Assembly: GCA_965220545.1 (NCBI GenBank)
Contig: CBDCQF010000006.1
Span: 5,408-69,407 of the forward strand
Length of the DNA: 64,000 nt
Reading direction: 5' to 3'
Source: Dehalococcoidia bacterium
GTDB lineage: Bacteria > Chloroflexota > Dehalococcoidia > Lucifugimonadales > QGNO01
Part shown: positions 41,996 through 50,958 of the stretch, piece by piece
Numbering within the stretch: the first letter of the stretch is position 1
Layout of the letters: each line of letters begins with the position of its first letter
Notes under the pieces: generated by a model
The model's database searches: none
Told to the model about the DNA's origin: nothing
What the model saw: the letters and a program-made list of their open reading frames with translations, nothing else
Position numbers and translations under genes: made by a program

Positions 41996-42970
41996 CTACT
42001 CTATCCCCATCTCCGCTTTGACTTCCCGTACGGCGTTGACCATGTTGCGCAGCTTGGCTACGGACTCCTCTTCGGTGCGAGTCTTCAAGCCGCAGTCGGG
42101 ATCGATGAACAGGCGGTCTGGCGGGAATACCTGGAGTCCCCTCATGATGCCCTTCTTTATTTGCTCTTCGTCCTCCACCACGTGGCTGTGAACGTCGGTT
42201 ACACCCATGGAAATCCCCTTGCCGGTGGGGCGCTTCGCAAGCTCGTCCAGGAGGCCATAGTTGCTGTTGGACATCTCGAGGTCTAGGTTGTCCACGGGCA
42301 GGTTGACCAGTTGATCGTATACGGCGAAGAAGTCGCCGTAGCAGATGTGAGTGAAGGTGTAGGCATCAAGTCCGTCGGTAACGATGCCCAGGGCGCGAGA
42401 CGCCATCTCCATTTCGTCGGGTCGTGTAGATATGGCTGGCTCGTCTATCTGGATGTATTTGGCGCCGGCCTTCTGCAAAGCCATCGCCTCATTGTGGACG
42501 ACAGCGGCCAGGTCCATGACGAACTCTTCGCGGGATGGGTAGTGCTCGTTAAACGACCAATCGGCAATGGTGTAGGGGCCGGTTAGCATACCCTTGATCG
42601 GTCTGTCTGTGAGGGATTGGGCGTACTTCCACCAATCGACCGTCATCTCGGCGTTGCTGGATACCGGGCCGATGGCAATGGGCTTGCGGTAGTAACGGTT
42701 GCCGTAGGAGCGGACAAGGCCGCTGATTTTGAAGCCCTGCATGTGCTCGGAGAAGTAGGTGACCATGTCGCCGCGGTACATCTCGCCATCGACCAGGATG
42801 TCGATACCAATCTCCTCCTGTACGCGGATCCAGTGCTCCGTGGCTTTGCGCCCCAACTGATCGAGCTCGTCCTGGTCTATCTGGCCGCGGGCGAACTGGG
42901 TGCGCGCCCTAGTGAGGTAGGAGGGCTTGGGAAAGCTGCCTACGGAGGTGGTTAGAAGTCCTTTTGTCAC
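41996..42970 (-). CDS. Cobalamin-independent methionine synthase, catalytic (C-terminal) half of a split MetE
   Basis: TTSVGSFPKP, KGMLTGPYT, IQIDEPA, zinc ligands HICY, LEM and PDCGLKTR. Confidence 0.88.
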   Translation of the reverse strand: MTKGLLTTSVGSFPKPSYLTRARTQFARGQIDQDELDQLGRKATEHWIRVQEEIGIDILVDGEMYRGDMVTYFSEHMQGFKISGLVRSYGNRYYRKPIAIGPVSSNAEMTVDWWKYAQSLTDRPIKGMLTGPYTIADWSFNEHYPSREEFVMDLAAVVHNEAMALQKAGAKYIQIDEPAISTRPDEMEMASRALGIVTDGLDAYTFTHICYGDFFAVYDQLVNLPVDNLDLEMSNSNYGLLDELAKRPTGKGISMGVTDVHSHVVEDEEQIKKGIMRGLQVFPPDRLFIDPDCGLKTRTEEESVAKLRNMVNAVREVKAEMGIE

Positions 42971-43076
42971 GTTTATTACCCCTGGTTTGATTATCCCTGT
43001 TCTATTAGAGCCGCCCGTGTGATAGAGAACCGTGCGGCTGTATAAAGAATTGTATCCAAACGGCCAAGCGCTGTCT

Positions 43077-44051
43077 CTAGCTCAGCGCCTCCTGGGCGGC
43101 TCGGGCGCCTTCCACAAGCCGGGCCAGCTTCTGCCTGGCGTTCTGCCGGGGCAGGAAGTCCAGGCCGCAGCTGGGGCTGAGGTGTAGCCTGTCCAGGCTG
43201 ACGTGCTCTGTAACCCGGCGCACCGCCGCTACGATTTCATCCACCTGCTCAAGGCGCGTGTTGCGAGCGTCTAGCAGGCCTATGGACAGCTCCTTGTCCT
43301 CGGGGAAGCCGTCCAGAAGGTCGAAGTTGGCGGGACCCCAGGCGAAATCGAGGCCTATAACGTCGAAGGGCAGTTGGTACAGCCTGGGCGCTAGGCCGGA
43401 CACGTCGCGGAAATAGATGCAGACCTCCGTTTTGCAGGTCAGTCCCTGGGTGACCGCTTCCGACGCTTCTTCAAGGATAGGGAGCTCGTCCTTGTCCATG
43501 ATAATGGCGGGCTCGTCGAACTGGATGATGGGAGCGCCCGCCTCCTGAAGGGCTAGGGCCTCTTTGTTCAGCGCGGTTGCTATGTCCATGACCATTGTCT
43601 TGAGATCGGAGTAGACGCCTCTTTGCGAGAGCTTGGCCAGTGTGTAGGGACCCGTGATTACTGCCTTGACCGGCTTGCTGCTGTGTTCCTGGGCAAACTT
43701 GTAGTCGCGGACCAGAATTGGTTCAGTCCACTCCAGGTTGGATTCGGCTATGGGGTGACGGTAGTAGGTGTTGGAGTCGAAGTAGCGAATGAGGCCGTTG
43801 ATGGTGAAGCCGTTGATCCTTCCCGCTATATAGGTCTGGCCGTCGTCCCAGCGAATCTGGCCATCGGTGACAACGTCTATACCGGCGTTGACCTGCTCCT
43901 GGATGACCTCCTTCGTCACCTCGTCCTCTACGCGGTGAAGCTCTTCCATGGTGATTTTGCCCTGGTCGTGCTGGCCTATGGCGCCTCGCAGGCTTGGCGC
44001 CTTGGTTCCAGGGCCTATCTTTGGGTAGTTGCCGATGACAGTTGTTATCAA
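43077..44051 (-). CDS. MetE N-terminal-like half of a split methionine synthase
   Basis: GNYPK, TDGQIRWDD, RYFDSNTYYRHP, GPYTLAKLS, PSCGLDFLP; lacks the HxC zinc motif. Confidence 0.82.
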   Translation of the reverse strand: MITTVIGNYPKIGPGTKAPSLRGAIGQHDQGKITMEELHRVEDEVTKEVIQEQVNAGIDVVTDGQIRWDDGQTYIAGRINGFTINGLIRYFDSNTYYRHPIAESNLEWTEPILVRDYKFAQEHSSKPVKAVITGPYTLAKLSQRGVYSDLKTMVMDIATALNKEALALQEAGAPIIQFDEPAIIMDKDELPILEEASEAVTQGLTCKTEVCIYFRDVSGLAPRLYQLPFDVIGLDFAWGPANFDLLDGFPEDKELSIGLLDARNTRLEQVDEIVAAVRRVTEHVSLDRLHLSPSCGLDFLPRQNARQKLARLVEGARAAQEALS

Positions 44052-44185
44052 GGGATTCTCCAGGGGGACTAGGTATTGCGAAATGGTGTACGGGCTTAAT
44101 TTTATCCCAGGCCCATTATGGATGCAATCAGCAGTTGTGTCTGGAGGGCTTTGGCTTCTGCCAAACGAACCGCTATTATTGTCCT

Positions 44186-45331
44186 ATGAGAAGGGCGGTT
44201 CAAAGAGGTTCGCTGGCGCTGCTGGCAGTGGTTGTGGCGCTATCGGCCTGGGTGGGGGTGTCGGAGCAGGGGAATACTGCTGTGAGGACGGCGCTTTTCG
44301 TACCGGAAATAGTCGGCAGGATACCGGTGAAACTGCAACCGTATCTGGCAAAGGAGCCGTTGTACCAACGGAGCGTGTTCCAGGCACAGGACGGCAGGCT
44401 GATAGAGATGGACCTCTACACGCCAGACGACGATAAGACCCACCCGGCTGTTGTGCTCTTCTTTGGGGTCATACCGGCAAGCCGCGACGACCCAAGGATA
44501 GTGGGCCTGGCCAACGGGCTGGCGCGTTCCGGGATGGTTGTTCTCATACCGTGGTCGGAGGTCATGCTGACCGAGCGGAGGATGGAACCGGAGGCAGTGG
44601 AGATAGTGGCGTCGGCGTACCTGTTCCTGGAAGAGATGGAAGGGGTCGACAAGGAGCAGATAGGGCTTGCCGGGTTCTGCGTTGGGGCATCCTTTGCCGC
44701 GCTGGCGGCACAGGATGGGCGGATCAGCGACAGAGTGGCCTATGCCAACCTGTTCGGGGCCTACTATGACGCGCGCGACCTCATGGTATCGGTGGCGAGC
44801 CGGAGCCGTGAGTACGGCGACTCCATAGCGCCCTGGCAGCCAAGAGATGATACCCAGGAAGTCTTTACGCGGCACCTCATAGAGGCGCTGCCGGATGCGG
44901 AGGAGCAGGAGGCTTTAAGTCGCGTGTTCTTGGGGGGCGAGAGCGAACCGGCAGATCTGTCGGACTCGCTTTCCGAGTATGGACAAGTCGCCTACCGTCT
45001 GCTGAAAGGCGTGGACAGGGACGAGGCGGAAGAGCTAATGCGGCAGTTGCCGGAGAGCTTCCTCGATGAGCTAGATTCCATCTCTCCCAGTACGCGGATA
45101 GACCGGTTGGAAACGCACGTGCTATTGATGCACGACAGGGAGGATACGGCCATCCCGGCCGTGGAATCTAAGCGTATGGCGGAATCGCTGGCGGAAGGAG
45201 ACGTGTACTACACGGAGTTCTCCATATTCCAACACGTTGACCCTACGCGGCCGGTGCCGTTTCCTGAACTGGTAAGGGAGATGGGGAAGCTGTACCTGCA
45301 CATGTACAACGTGATGAGAGTGGCGGCCTAG
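44186..45331 (+). CDS. Membrane-anchored or exported alpha/beta hydrolase with Cys nucleophile elbow
   Basis: N-terminal hydrophobic stretch, GFCVG, HDREDTAIP, FQHV. Confidence 0.7.
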   Translation: MRRAVQRGSLALLAVVVALSAWVGVSEQGNTAVRTALFVPEIVGRIPVKLQPYLAKEPLYQRSVFQAQDGRLIEMDLYTPDDDKTHPAVVLFFGVIPASRDDPRIVGLANGLARSGMVVLIPWSEVMLTERRMEPEAVEIVASAYLFLEEMEGVDKEQIGLAGFCVGASFAALAAQDGRISDRVAYANLFGAYYDARDLMVSVASRSREYGDSIAPWQPRDDTQEVFTRHLIEALPDAEEQEALSRVFLGGESEPADLSDSLSEYGQVAYRLLKGVDRDEAEELMRQLPESFLDELDSISPSTRIDRLETHVLLMHDREDTAIPAVESKRMAESLAEGDVYYTEFSIFQHVDPTRPVPFPELVREMGKLYLHMYNVMRVAA

Positions 45332-45402
45332 GGTACGGTTGGTTGGGGTTTGAAGCCGTGCTAGAATAGGCCGCAGCCGTTAACCTAATCCGGAGACTTG
45401 AA

Positions 45403-45900
45403 TTGCCCAGAAACTACTGGATGGTAGTGCTCACTCCTGAGAACTACCTGGTAACCAAGGAGCAGGAGTTCAAAGTCCAGGGGCTTAAGAACTCACAGCG
45501 CAAGAAAGCTCAGCGCATAGAAGTCGGCGACCGCATGTTGTTCTACATCAGCCGCATGCAGGTGTTTGCCGCCGCGGCCACGGTGACGTCCACCTTCTTT
45601 GAAGACCACAGCAAGCTGTGGAAGGACTACAACCCTGAAGAGGACTTCCCGTACAGGGTGAACATAGAGCCCAACGCGGTCTTGGAAGAGGAGCAGTTCA
45701 TAGACGCGCACCAGGTTGCTCCACGGATGGACTTCGTGAAGAAGTGGATACCGGAATGGTGGCCACTGGCCTTTATCGGAGACCTGCACATAATCCCCAA
45801 GAAGGACCTGACCATGATTGAGGACGAGATGAAGAAGATGACGTCTCGTTCCGGACGGAGAAGGAGCAGGTCCAGACGCAGGATGGGCGCCAGAGTTTAG
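45403..45900 (+). CDS. EVE domain protein
   Basis: NYWMVVLTPENY, IEVGDRMLFYI, FPYRV; Arg-rich tail. Confidence 0.85.
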   Translation: MPRNYWMVVLTPENYLVTKEQEFKVQGLKNSQRKKAQRIEVGDRMLFYISRMQVFAAAATVTSTFFEDHSKLWKDYNPEEDFPYRVNIEPNAVLEEEQFIDAHQVAPRMDFVKKWIPEWWPLAFIGDLHIIPKKDLTMIEDEMKKMTSRSGRRRSRSRRRMGARV

Positions 45901-46235
45901 GGTATGGGTTTGCCCGCCAGCACGCGCTCCTTCTGCGACTCTGTGATTACGGGAACAACCGTTACGGTCGAGCCGGTCTTCTCCGCCAGTCTTTCGTAGA
46001 GCTTTTCCGGGTTCGAGTCCTCTCCGCCGTGGAAGATGAACACCATATCGGCGTCACCCTTGGTCCAGAAAACGCCGATGAATGTCCCGCCGCCCAGGCC
46101 GGGATCGGCAACGGCTTCACCTTTGGCTTCGATATCTCCGGCCCTGGCCAACTCGCGGGCTATATCGTCCGCGGCAAGCTGCTGCTCTCCGAACCTGGGG
46201 CCGCTGAATTTCAGCAATCCTAAGTAATCGGGCAT
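45897..46235 (-). CDS. Small protein, divergent GYD-like
   Basis: MPDYLGLLKFS...VFWTKGDADMVFIF; GGAGG RBS. Confidence 0.6.
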   Translation of the reverse strand: MPDYLGLLKFSGPRFGEQQLAADDIARELARAGDIEAKGEAVADPGLGGGTFIGVFWTKGDADMVFIFHGGEDSNPEKLYERLAEKTGSTVTVVPVITESQKERVLAGKPIP

Positions 46236-46245
46236 TGGAACCTCC

Positions 46246-46932
46246 TTAGATCATGTTTGGATACAGTATGGGGAACCCGCCGGTGCCCTGCAGATCAGGC
46301 CACGTCCTATCGTGGTATTGGGGATATATCATGCGATACGCTTTGACTGCAGCGCGAAGCTCCGCGATGGCGTTGTGATGTTCGTCCACGCGCACGTCCA
46401 GGAACGGGTTGGCATCGGAACGCTTCCAGTGAATCTGGATGGCGGCGGCCTGCCTGCCCCTGGAGTCGCCCCCCACTTCGTCGGCGGCTTCGTGGCATCT
46501 GATGAGACGCTCTTCCAGGGGAAGACCGCTCCCCTCGGTGGCCTCGAAGGTGTCTCCGAATGCGTTGGCGACATCTGGGCCGTACTTGGTGCCGGCGTAG
46601 CAGGCGTAGTTAGGGCCGATTCTCTCGCCGGCGTTGCCTGAGCCGTACCCCGGGGATACCCAGACCGCGGGCGTACCGGCGCGGTCCAGCAAGCAATATG
46701 CGCCCTGGTCGTTGCTTACACTCTTCAAGGCGTCCATGGCCTCTTTGGCGGGGAATCCCAGCATCAGTAGGCCTATAGCGCGCCGGCGTTGCGTTTCAAC
46801 GCCGCTGCTGCCCATCATTCCCACTTCGCCCATGCCCCTGAGCACGCGGGAACCCACCGCGGGGTTCTTGGTTACCACCAATCCTCCAAACTGACCGGTA
46901 TTGGGATCATGGCCAATAATGGTTATCGTCAT
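46246..46932 (-). CDS. DUF1028 (Ntn-hydrolase-like) protein
   Basis: MTITIIGHDPNTGQFG..AVGSRV, GGDSRGRQAAAI, DVRVDEH..I.EL. Confidence 0.82.
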   Translation of the reverse strand: MTITIIGHDPNTGQFGGLVVTKNPAVGSRVLRGMGEVGMMGSSGVETQRRRAIGLLMLGFPAKEAMDALKSVSNDQGAYCLLDRAGTPAVWVSPGYGSGNAGERIGPNYACYAGTKYGPDVANAFGDTFEATEGSGLPLEERLIRCHEAADEVGGDSRGRQAAAIQIHWKRSDANPFLDVRVDEHHNAIAELRAAVKAYRMIYPQYHDRTWPDLQGTGGFPILYPNMI

Positions 46933-46945
46933 TGAACTCCTCCTT

Positions 46946-47257
46946 CTACAGCTTCCCCTGTATGTCCAGCTCTTTTTCCCATCTGATCATGGCGGGCATC
47001 ACGCTTACCGTTGCGTTCTGTCTATCTCCCAGGGCGCGGAAGATGTTGTTAGCGGTGTCCTCATCAGGGGCTTCCAGAACAAAGAGCATATCCAGGTCGC
47101 GGCTTTCACCGTGGTTCCATACCATTGTCAGGTAGTGAGCGCGGCCTTTCCCAATCTCCTCGGCTACGGCTCTCGCCGCCCACCCCGTGGCCAGCTCGTC
47201 TTCGCCGGAACGTTTGTCAGCCTCGTTGTACTTCATCAAACCGATGAAACTCGCCAA
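46946..47257 (-). CDS. Small protein, divergent GYD-like
   Basis: TTG start after AAGGAGG; ASFIGLMKYN...WNHGESRDLDMLFVLEAPDEDTA. Confidence 0.6.
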   Translation of the reverse strand: MASFIGLMKYNEADKRSGEDELATGWAARAVAEEIGKGRAHYLTMVWNHGESRDLDMLFVLEAPDEDTANNIFRALGDRQNATVSVMPAMIRWEKELDIQGKL

Positions 47258-47387
47258 GTTGCGCCTCCTTTCACACAAGAGTTGGCGTCATTATATACGG
47301 AATCACATCCTTATTTCTTAGAAGAGTTCGGATGGAAAATAAAGCACCTCCATTTGGTGTCCCGTTATTGCTGACTCTCTGGAGTTG

Positions 47388-47415
47388 TTGACAGCGTTTT
47401 CTACGTGTGTATACT
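47388..47415 (+). promoter_or_regulatory. Sigma70 promoter pointing at the structured element and the VPS10 genes
   Basis: TTGACA-16 nt-TATACT, with TGTG immediately before the -10 box. Confidence 0.6.
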
Positions 47416-47463
47416 AATAAACGGGTTTAGACCTATTAAATAAGTTTTTATGGTTCATCTACT

Positions 47464-47698
47464 ACGGACATACGGAGTGGCCTACCCAGCAAACCTGATT
47501 TAGATAGAAGCGGCGCACGGTTCGGGGCACAAAGCGCCCGGCGCCTTGCTCTCCTGCCCGCCCGCCTTACCGAGTCCCCACAGGGGTGGGATGGGGCGGG
47601 GGCCATCCTCAAAGGTCTGCACCCCACCCACGAGAACCCCCGCCCCACCTTCCTGCGCAAGGAAAGACGAATGGGGGTGCCCTTGCCCGTATGTCCGT
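47464..47698. ncRNA. Candidate structured RNA or miniature inverted-repeat element
   Basis: 12-bp terminal inverted repeat ACGGACATACGG/CCGTATGTCCGT enclosing several stems, including TGGGGCGGGGG/CCCCCGCCCCA. Confidence 0.45.
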
Positions 47699-47798
47699 CC
47701 CCTTTGTTGACGCGCTGGCATGCAGCCAATATCATCTGCCAAGTCCGGCCAACATCCCGCTAAACCCTCCGGCTGAATCTTGCAGAGGTGAAAAGAAA

Positions 47799-50700
47799 AT
47801 GTCCGTTAACCCCGCTCTCTATCAGGCAATGCAGTATCGCTCCATCGGCCCCTTCCGAGGAGGCCGTGTCTTGGCCGTGGCCGGAGACCCCGTCGACCAG
47901 GCTACGTTTTATTTCGGAGCCTGCTCTGGCGGGCTGTGGAAAACGGACGATGCCGGGGTCTTCTGGCACAACATATCGGACGGCTATTTCAAGACGGCGT
48001 CCGTTGGCGCTCTGGCCATTTCCGACTCCGATCCAAACGTGATCTACGTTGGCATGGGAGAGGCCTGCATTCGGAGCAACGTCACCCATGGTGACGGCGT
48101 GTACAAGTCGACCGACGCGGGGAAGACCTGGACCCATCTGGGGCTGGAGGACACCCGCCACATTGCACGGGTGCGCGTGCATCCGCAGAATCCGGACCTG
48201 GTCTACGTGGCGGCGCTGGGACACGCCTTCGGCCCCAACGAAGAACGCGGCGTCTTCCGCTCCAGGGATGGAGGCAAGAACTGGGAGAAGGTGCTCTATA
48301 AGAGCGCGCGCGCCGGAGCTATAGACCTCTCCATGGACCCCAATAACCCGCGAATCATATACGCCGCCATCTACCAGGCTAGGCGCTATCCTTACACCGT
48401 GGTAAGCGGCGGCCCGGACAGCGGACTGTGGCGTTCGGTCGATGGAGGGGACTCCTGGGAGGAGATAACGGACAGCCCCGGCCTGCCTGGCAAACCGCTG
48501 GGACGCATAGGCGTGGCCGTTTCGCCCGCCCGCAGCGGCAGGGTCTGGTGCTTGATAGAGCACGACGACGGCGGCCTCTTCAGGTCCGATGACGGAGGCA
48601 AGACCTGGGCGCTTACCTCCAACAACGCCGATCTACGGAGACGTCACTTCTACTATACGCACGTCTTCGCCCATCCCACTGATCCCGACACCTGCTATGT
48701 GCTGAGCGGACGCAACTGGAAGTCAACCGATGGAGGGCGTACCTTCACCAGGTTCACCACTCCCCACGACGATGACCACGATATGTGGATAGACCCCAAG
48801 AACCCGCGGCGCATCATCCACGCCAACGACGAAGGAGCCAGTATTTCATTCAACGACGGAGCATCCTGGACAAGGCTGGAAAACCAGCCCACGGGCCAGT
48901 TCTACCACGTGACCACGGATACCAACTTCCCCTACAGGGTCTACGGCACGCAGCAGGACGGTAGCTCTATCAGCATTCCCAGCCGCTCGGTGACGGGGGC
49001 GATAACCCAGCCCGATTGGTACTGCGTGGGCGGCGGTGAGGCCGGATACGTGGCGGTCAGACCGGACGATCCCAACATACTGTACGCGGCGCACAGCGGC
49101 GGCGGCCCCATGAGCAGGCTAGATAGGAGGACGGGGCAGGGGCTGGACGTCAAAGTGTGGCCGGAGCGGGCCAGCAATCTTGCCCCCGAGAACCTGAAGT
49201 ACCGCTTCCAGTGGACTTTCCCCATTGTGATCTCGCCCCATGACCATAACGTTCTCTACGCGGCGGGGAACCACGTCTTCCGTTCCACCACGGACGGAGC
49301 AAGCTGGGACGAAATCAGCCCTGACCTGACACGGAACGATGTGAAGCGCGGCGGCGCATCGGAAGGGGCGCCGGCCGAGGGCTTGCCACCGTGCACCATC
49401 TTCGCCTTCGATGAGTCGAAGATAGAAAAAGGGGTGCTATGGGCAGGGTCCGACGATGGCCTGGTGCACGTTTCGCGCGACAACGGAGAGAACTGGCGGA
49501 ACGTAACGCCTCCCGGCCTGCCCGAATGGTCGTTGGTCAGCATCATAGACCCGTCGCCCCACGACGGGGCAACGGCGTACGTGGCGGCCGCGGCTTACAA
49601 GCTGGACGACTACCGGCCCTATCTATTCAAGACCAACGACTACGGAGAGACCTGGACGCAAATAACCAACGGCATCCCGGACAACGATTTCACCAGGGTG
49701 ATCAGGGAAGACCCCGCAAAACGTGGACTGCTCTATGCGGGCACCGAAACCGGCGTATACGTCTCCTTCGATGACGGAGACAACTGGCAGTCGCTGCAAC
49801 TGAACCTTCCCGTGGTGCCCATCCACGACTTCGTCATCAAGGACAACGACCTTGTGGTCGCCACGCACGGCAGGGCTTTCTGGATACTGGACGACCTCAC
49901 GCCGCTTCATCAGATCAGCGATGAGTCTTCCCAAGCCCCGGCCATCCTCTACAAGCCAAGAGAGGGTTACAGGTTCCCCATGTGGCGGCCCCTGCGCCCC
50001 GACGCCTCATCGGTGGCGGGCATGAACTACGACCGCGGCGCCGGCCCGGTCATCTTTTCCTGGTACACGGAAAAAGACGGCGAGGGCAACATAGTGAAGC
50101 AGACCTACTTGGACGCGGGTCAGAACCCTCCTGACGGGGTGGTGGTGTACTACTACTTCAAGGAACAGCCTGAGGGGGAAGTGACGCTGACCGTCTTGGA
50201 CAAGGAACGCAACACCGTGAACACGTTCCGCAGCAAGGAAGAAGACTCGGATTACAAGGGGCCGTTCTTGCCCAAGAAGGCGGGCATGAACCGCTTCCTG
50301 TGGAACATGCGCCATTCCGACGCGGAGACCGTGCCCGGAGACGAGACCGTGGGCGGCCTGGACGAGAGTGTGAACGGGCCCATGGTGGTTCCCGGAGACT
50401 ATGAGGTAAGGCTCCAGGTTGACGGCCGGACGCTGAGCCAGTGGTGTGAGGTGAGGAAGAACCCGTTGAACCCGTCGACGCAGCAGGACTTGGAGGCGCA
50501 GCACAGTCTTCTCATGCAGCTTAGGGATAAGACGTCGGAGATATCCGGGGCGGTGGTGCGGCTGCGGAAGGTTCGCGCCCAGGTGGTAGGCTGGCTGCAG
50601 CGGCTGGGTGATAGTGAAGAGTCGAAGCAGGCGGAGGAAGCGGGGCAGGCCATCAGAGATAAGCTCGCTGAGATTGAAAACGAACTGATACACGTGCCCG

Positions 50701-50936
50701 TTCCGGGAGCGCCCAGCTTGGATGCCGCCGTGAAGCTTTACTCCAAGCTTCCCGCGCTGAACTCGGTTATTGCCAGCGCGGACTACGCGCCGACAAAGCA
50801 AGCCGTGGAAACTTACCAGGATATCGCGGACCGGGTGGACGAACAGATCGCTCTGCTGAACAAGGTGTTGGAGCAGGACGTCCCGGAGTTCAACCGGATG
50901 GTTGACGAGCTGAACATCGAGCCGGTGACGGCTTGA
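47799..50936 (+). CDS. VPS10/sortilin-like BNR (Asp-box) beta-propeller protein, putative glycosyl hydrolase, paralog 1
   Basis: YRSIGPFRGGR, many SxDGGxxW Asp-boxes, ATHGRAFWILDD, coiled-coil C-terminus; no signal peptide. Confidence 0.85.
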   Translation: MSVNPALYQAMQYRSIGPFRGGRVLAVAGDPVDQATFYFGACSGGLWKTDDAGVFWHNISDGYFKTASVGALAISDSDPNVIYVGMGEACIRSNVTHGDGVYKSTDAGKTWTHLGLEDTRHIARVRVHPQNPDLVYVAALGHAFGPNEERGVFRSRDGGKNWEKVLYKSARAGAIDLSMDPNNPRIIYAAIYQARRYPYTVVSGGPDSGLWRSVDGGDSWEEITDSPGLPGKPLGRIGVAVSPARSGRVWCLIEHDDGGLFRSDDGGKTWALTSNNADLRRRHFYYTHVFAHPTDPDTCYVLSGRNWKSTDGGRTFTRFTTPHDDDHDMWIDPKNPRRIIHANDEGASISFNDGASWTRLENQPTGQFYHVTTDTNFPYRVYGTQQDGSSISIPSRSVTGAITQPDWYCVGGGEAGYVAVRPDDPNILYAAHSGGGPMSRLDRRTGQGLDVKVWPERASNLAPENLKYRFQWTFPIVISPHDHNVLYAAGNHVFRSTTDGASWDEISPDLTRNDVKRGGASEGAPAEGLPPCTIFAFDESKIEKGVLWAGSDDGLVHVSRDNGENWRNVTPPGLPEWSLVSIIDPSPHDGATAYVAAAAYKLDDYRPYLFKTNDYGETWTQITNGIPDNDFTRVIREDPAKRGLLYAGTETGVYVSFDDGDNWQSLQLNLPVVPIHDFVIKDNDLVVATHGRAFWILDDLTPLHQISDESSQAPAILYKPREGYRFPMWRPLRPDASSVAGMNYDRGAGPVIFSWYTEKDGEGNIVKQTYLDAGQNPPDGVVVYYYFKEQPEGEVTLTVLDKERNTVNTFRSKEEDSDYKGPFLPKKAGMNRFLWNMRHSDAETVPGDETVGGLDESVNGPMVVPGDYEVRLQVDGRTLSQWCEVRKNPLNPSTQQDLEAQHSLLMQLRDKTSEISGAVVRLRKVRAQVVGWLQRLGDSEESKQAEEAGQAIRDKLAEIENELIHVPVPGAPSLDAAVKLYSKLPALNSVIASADYAPTKQAVETYQDIADRVDEQIALLNKVLEQDVPEFNRMVDELNIEPVTA

Positions 50937-50958
50937 ATATATGGAAGGGGATAAAAGC

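Noticed and set aside
47464-47698. Retron msr-msd (a1/a2-like terminal repeats)
   Set aside because: No reverse transcriptase gene adjacent or anywhere in the window; kept only as an unassigned structured element
47586-47798. 71-aa N-terminal extension of VPS10 paralog 1
   Set aside because: Runs through the structured non-coding element; the paralog alignment and the GAGGTG RBS support the start at 47799
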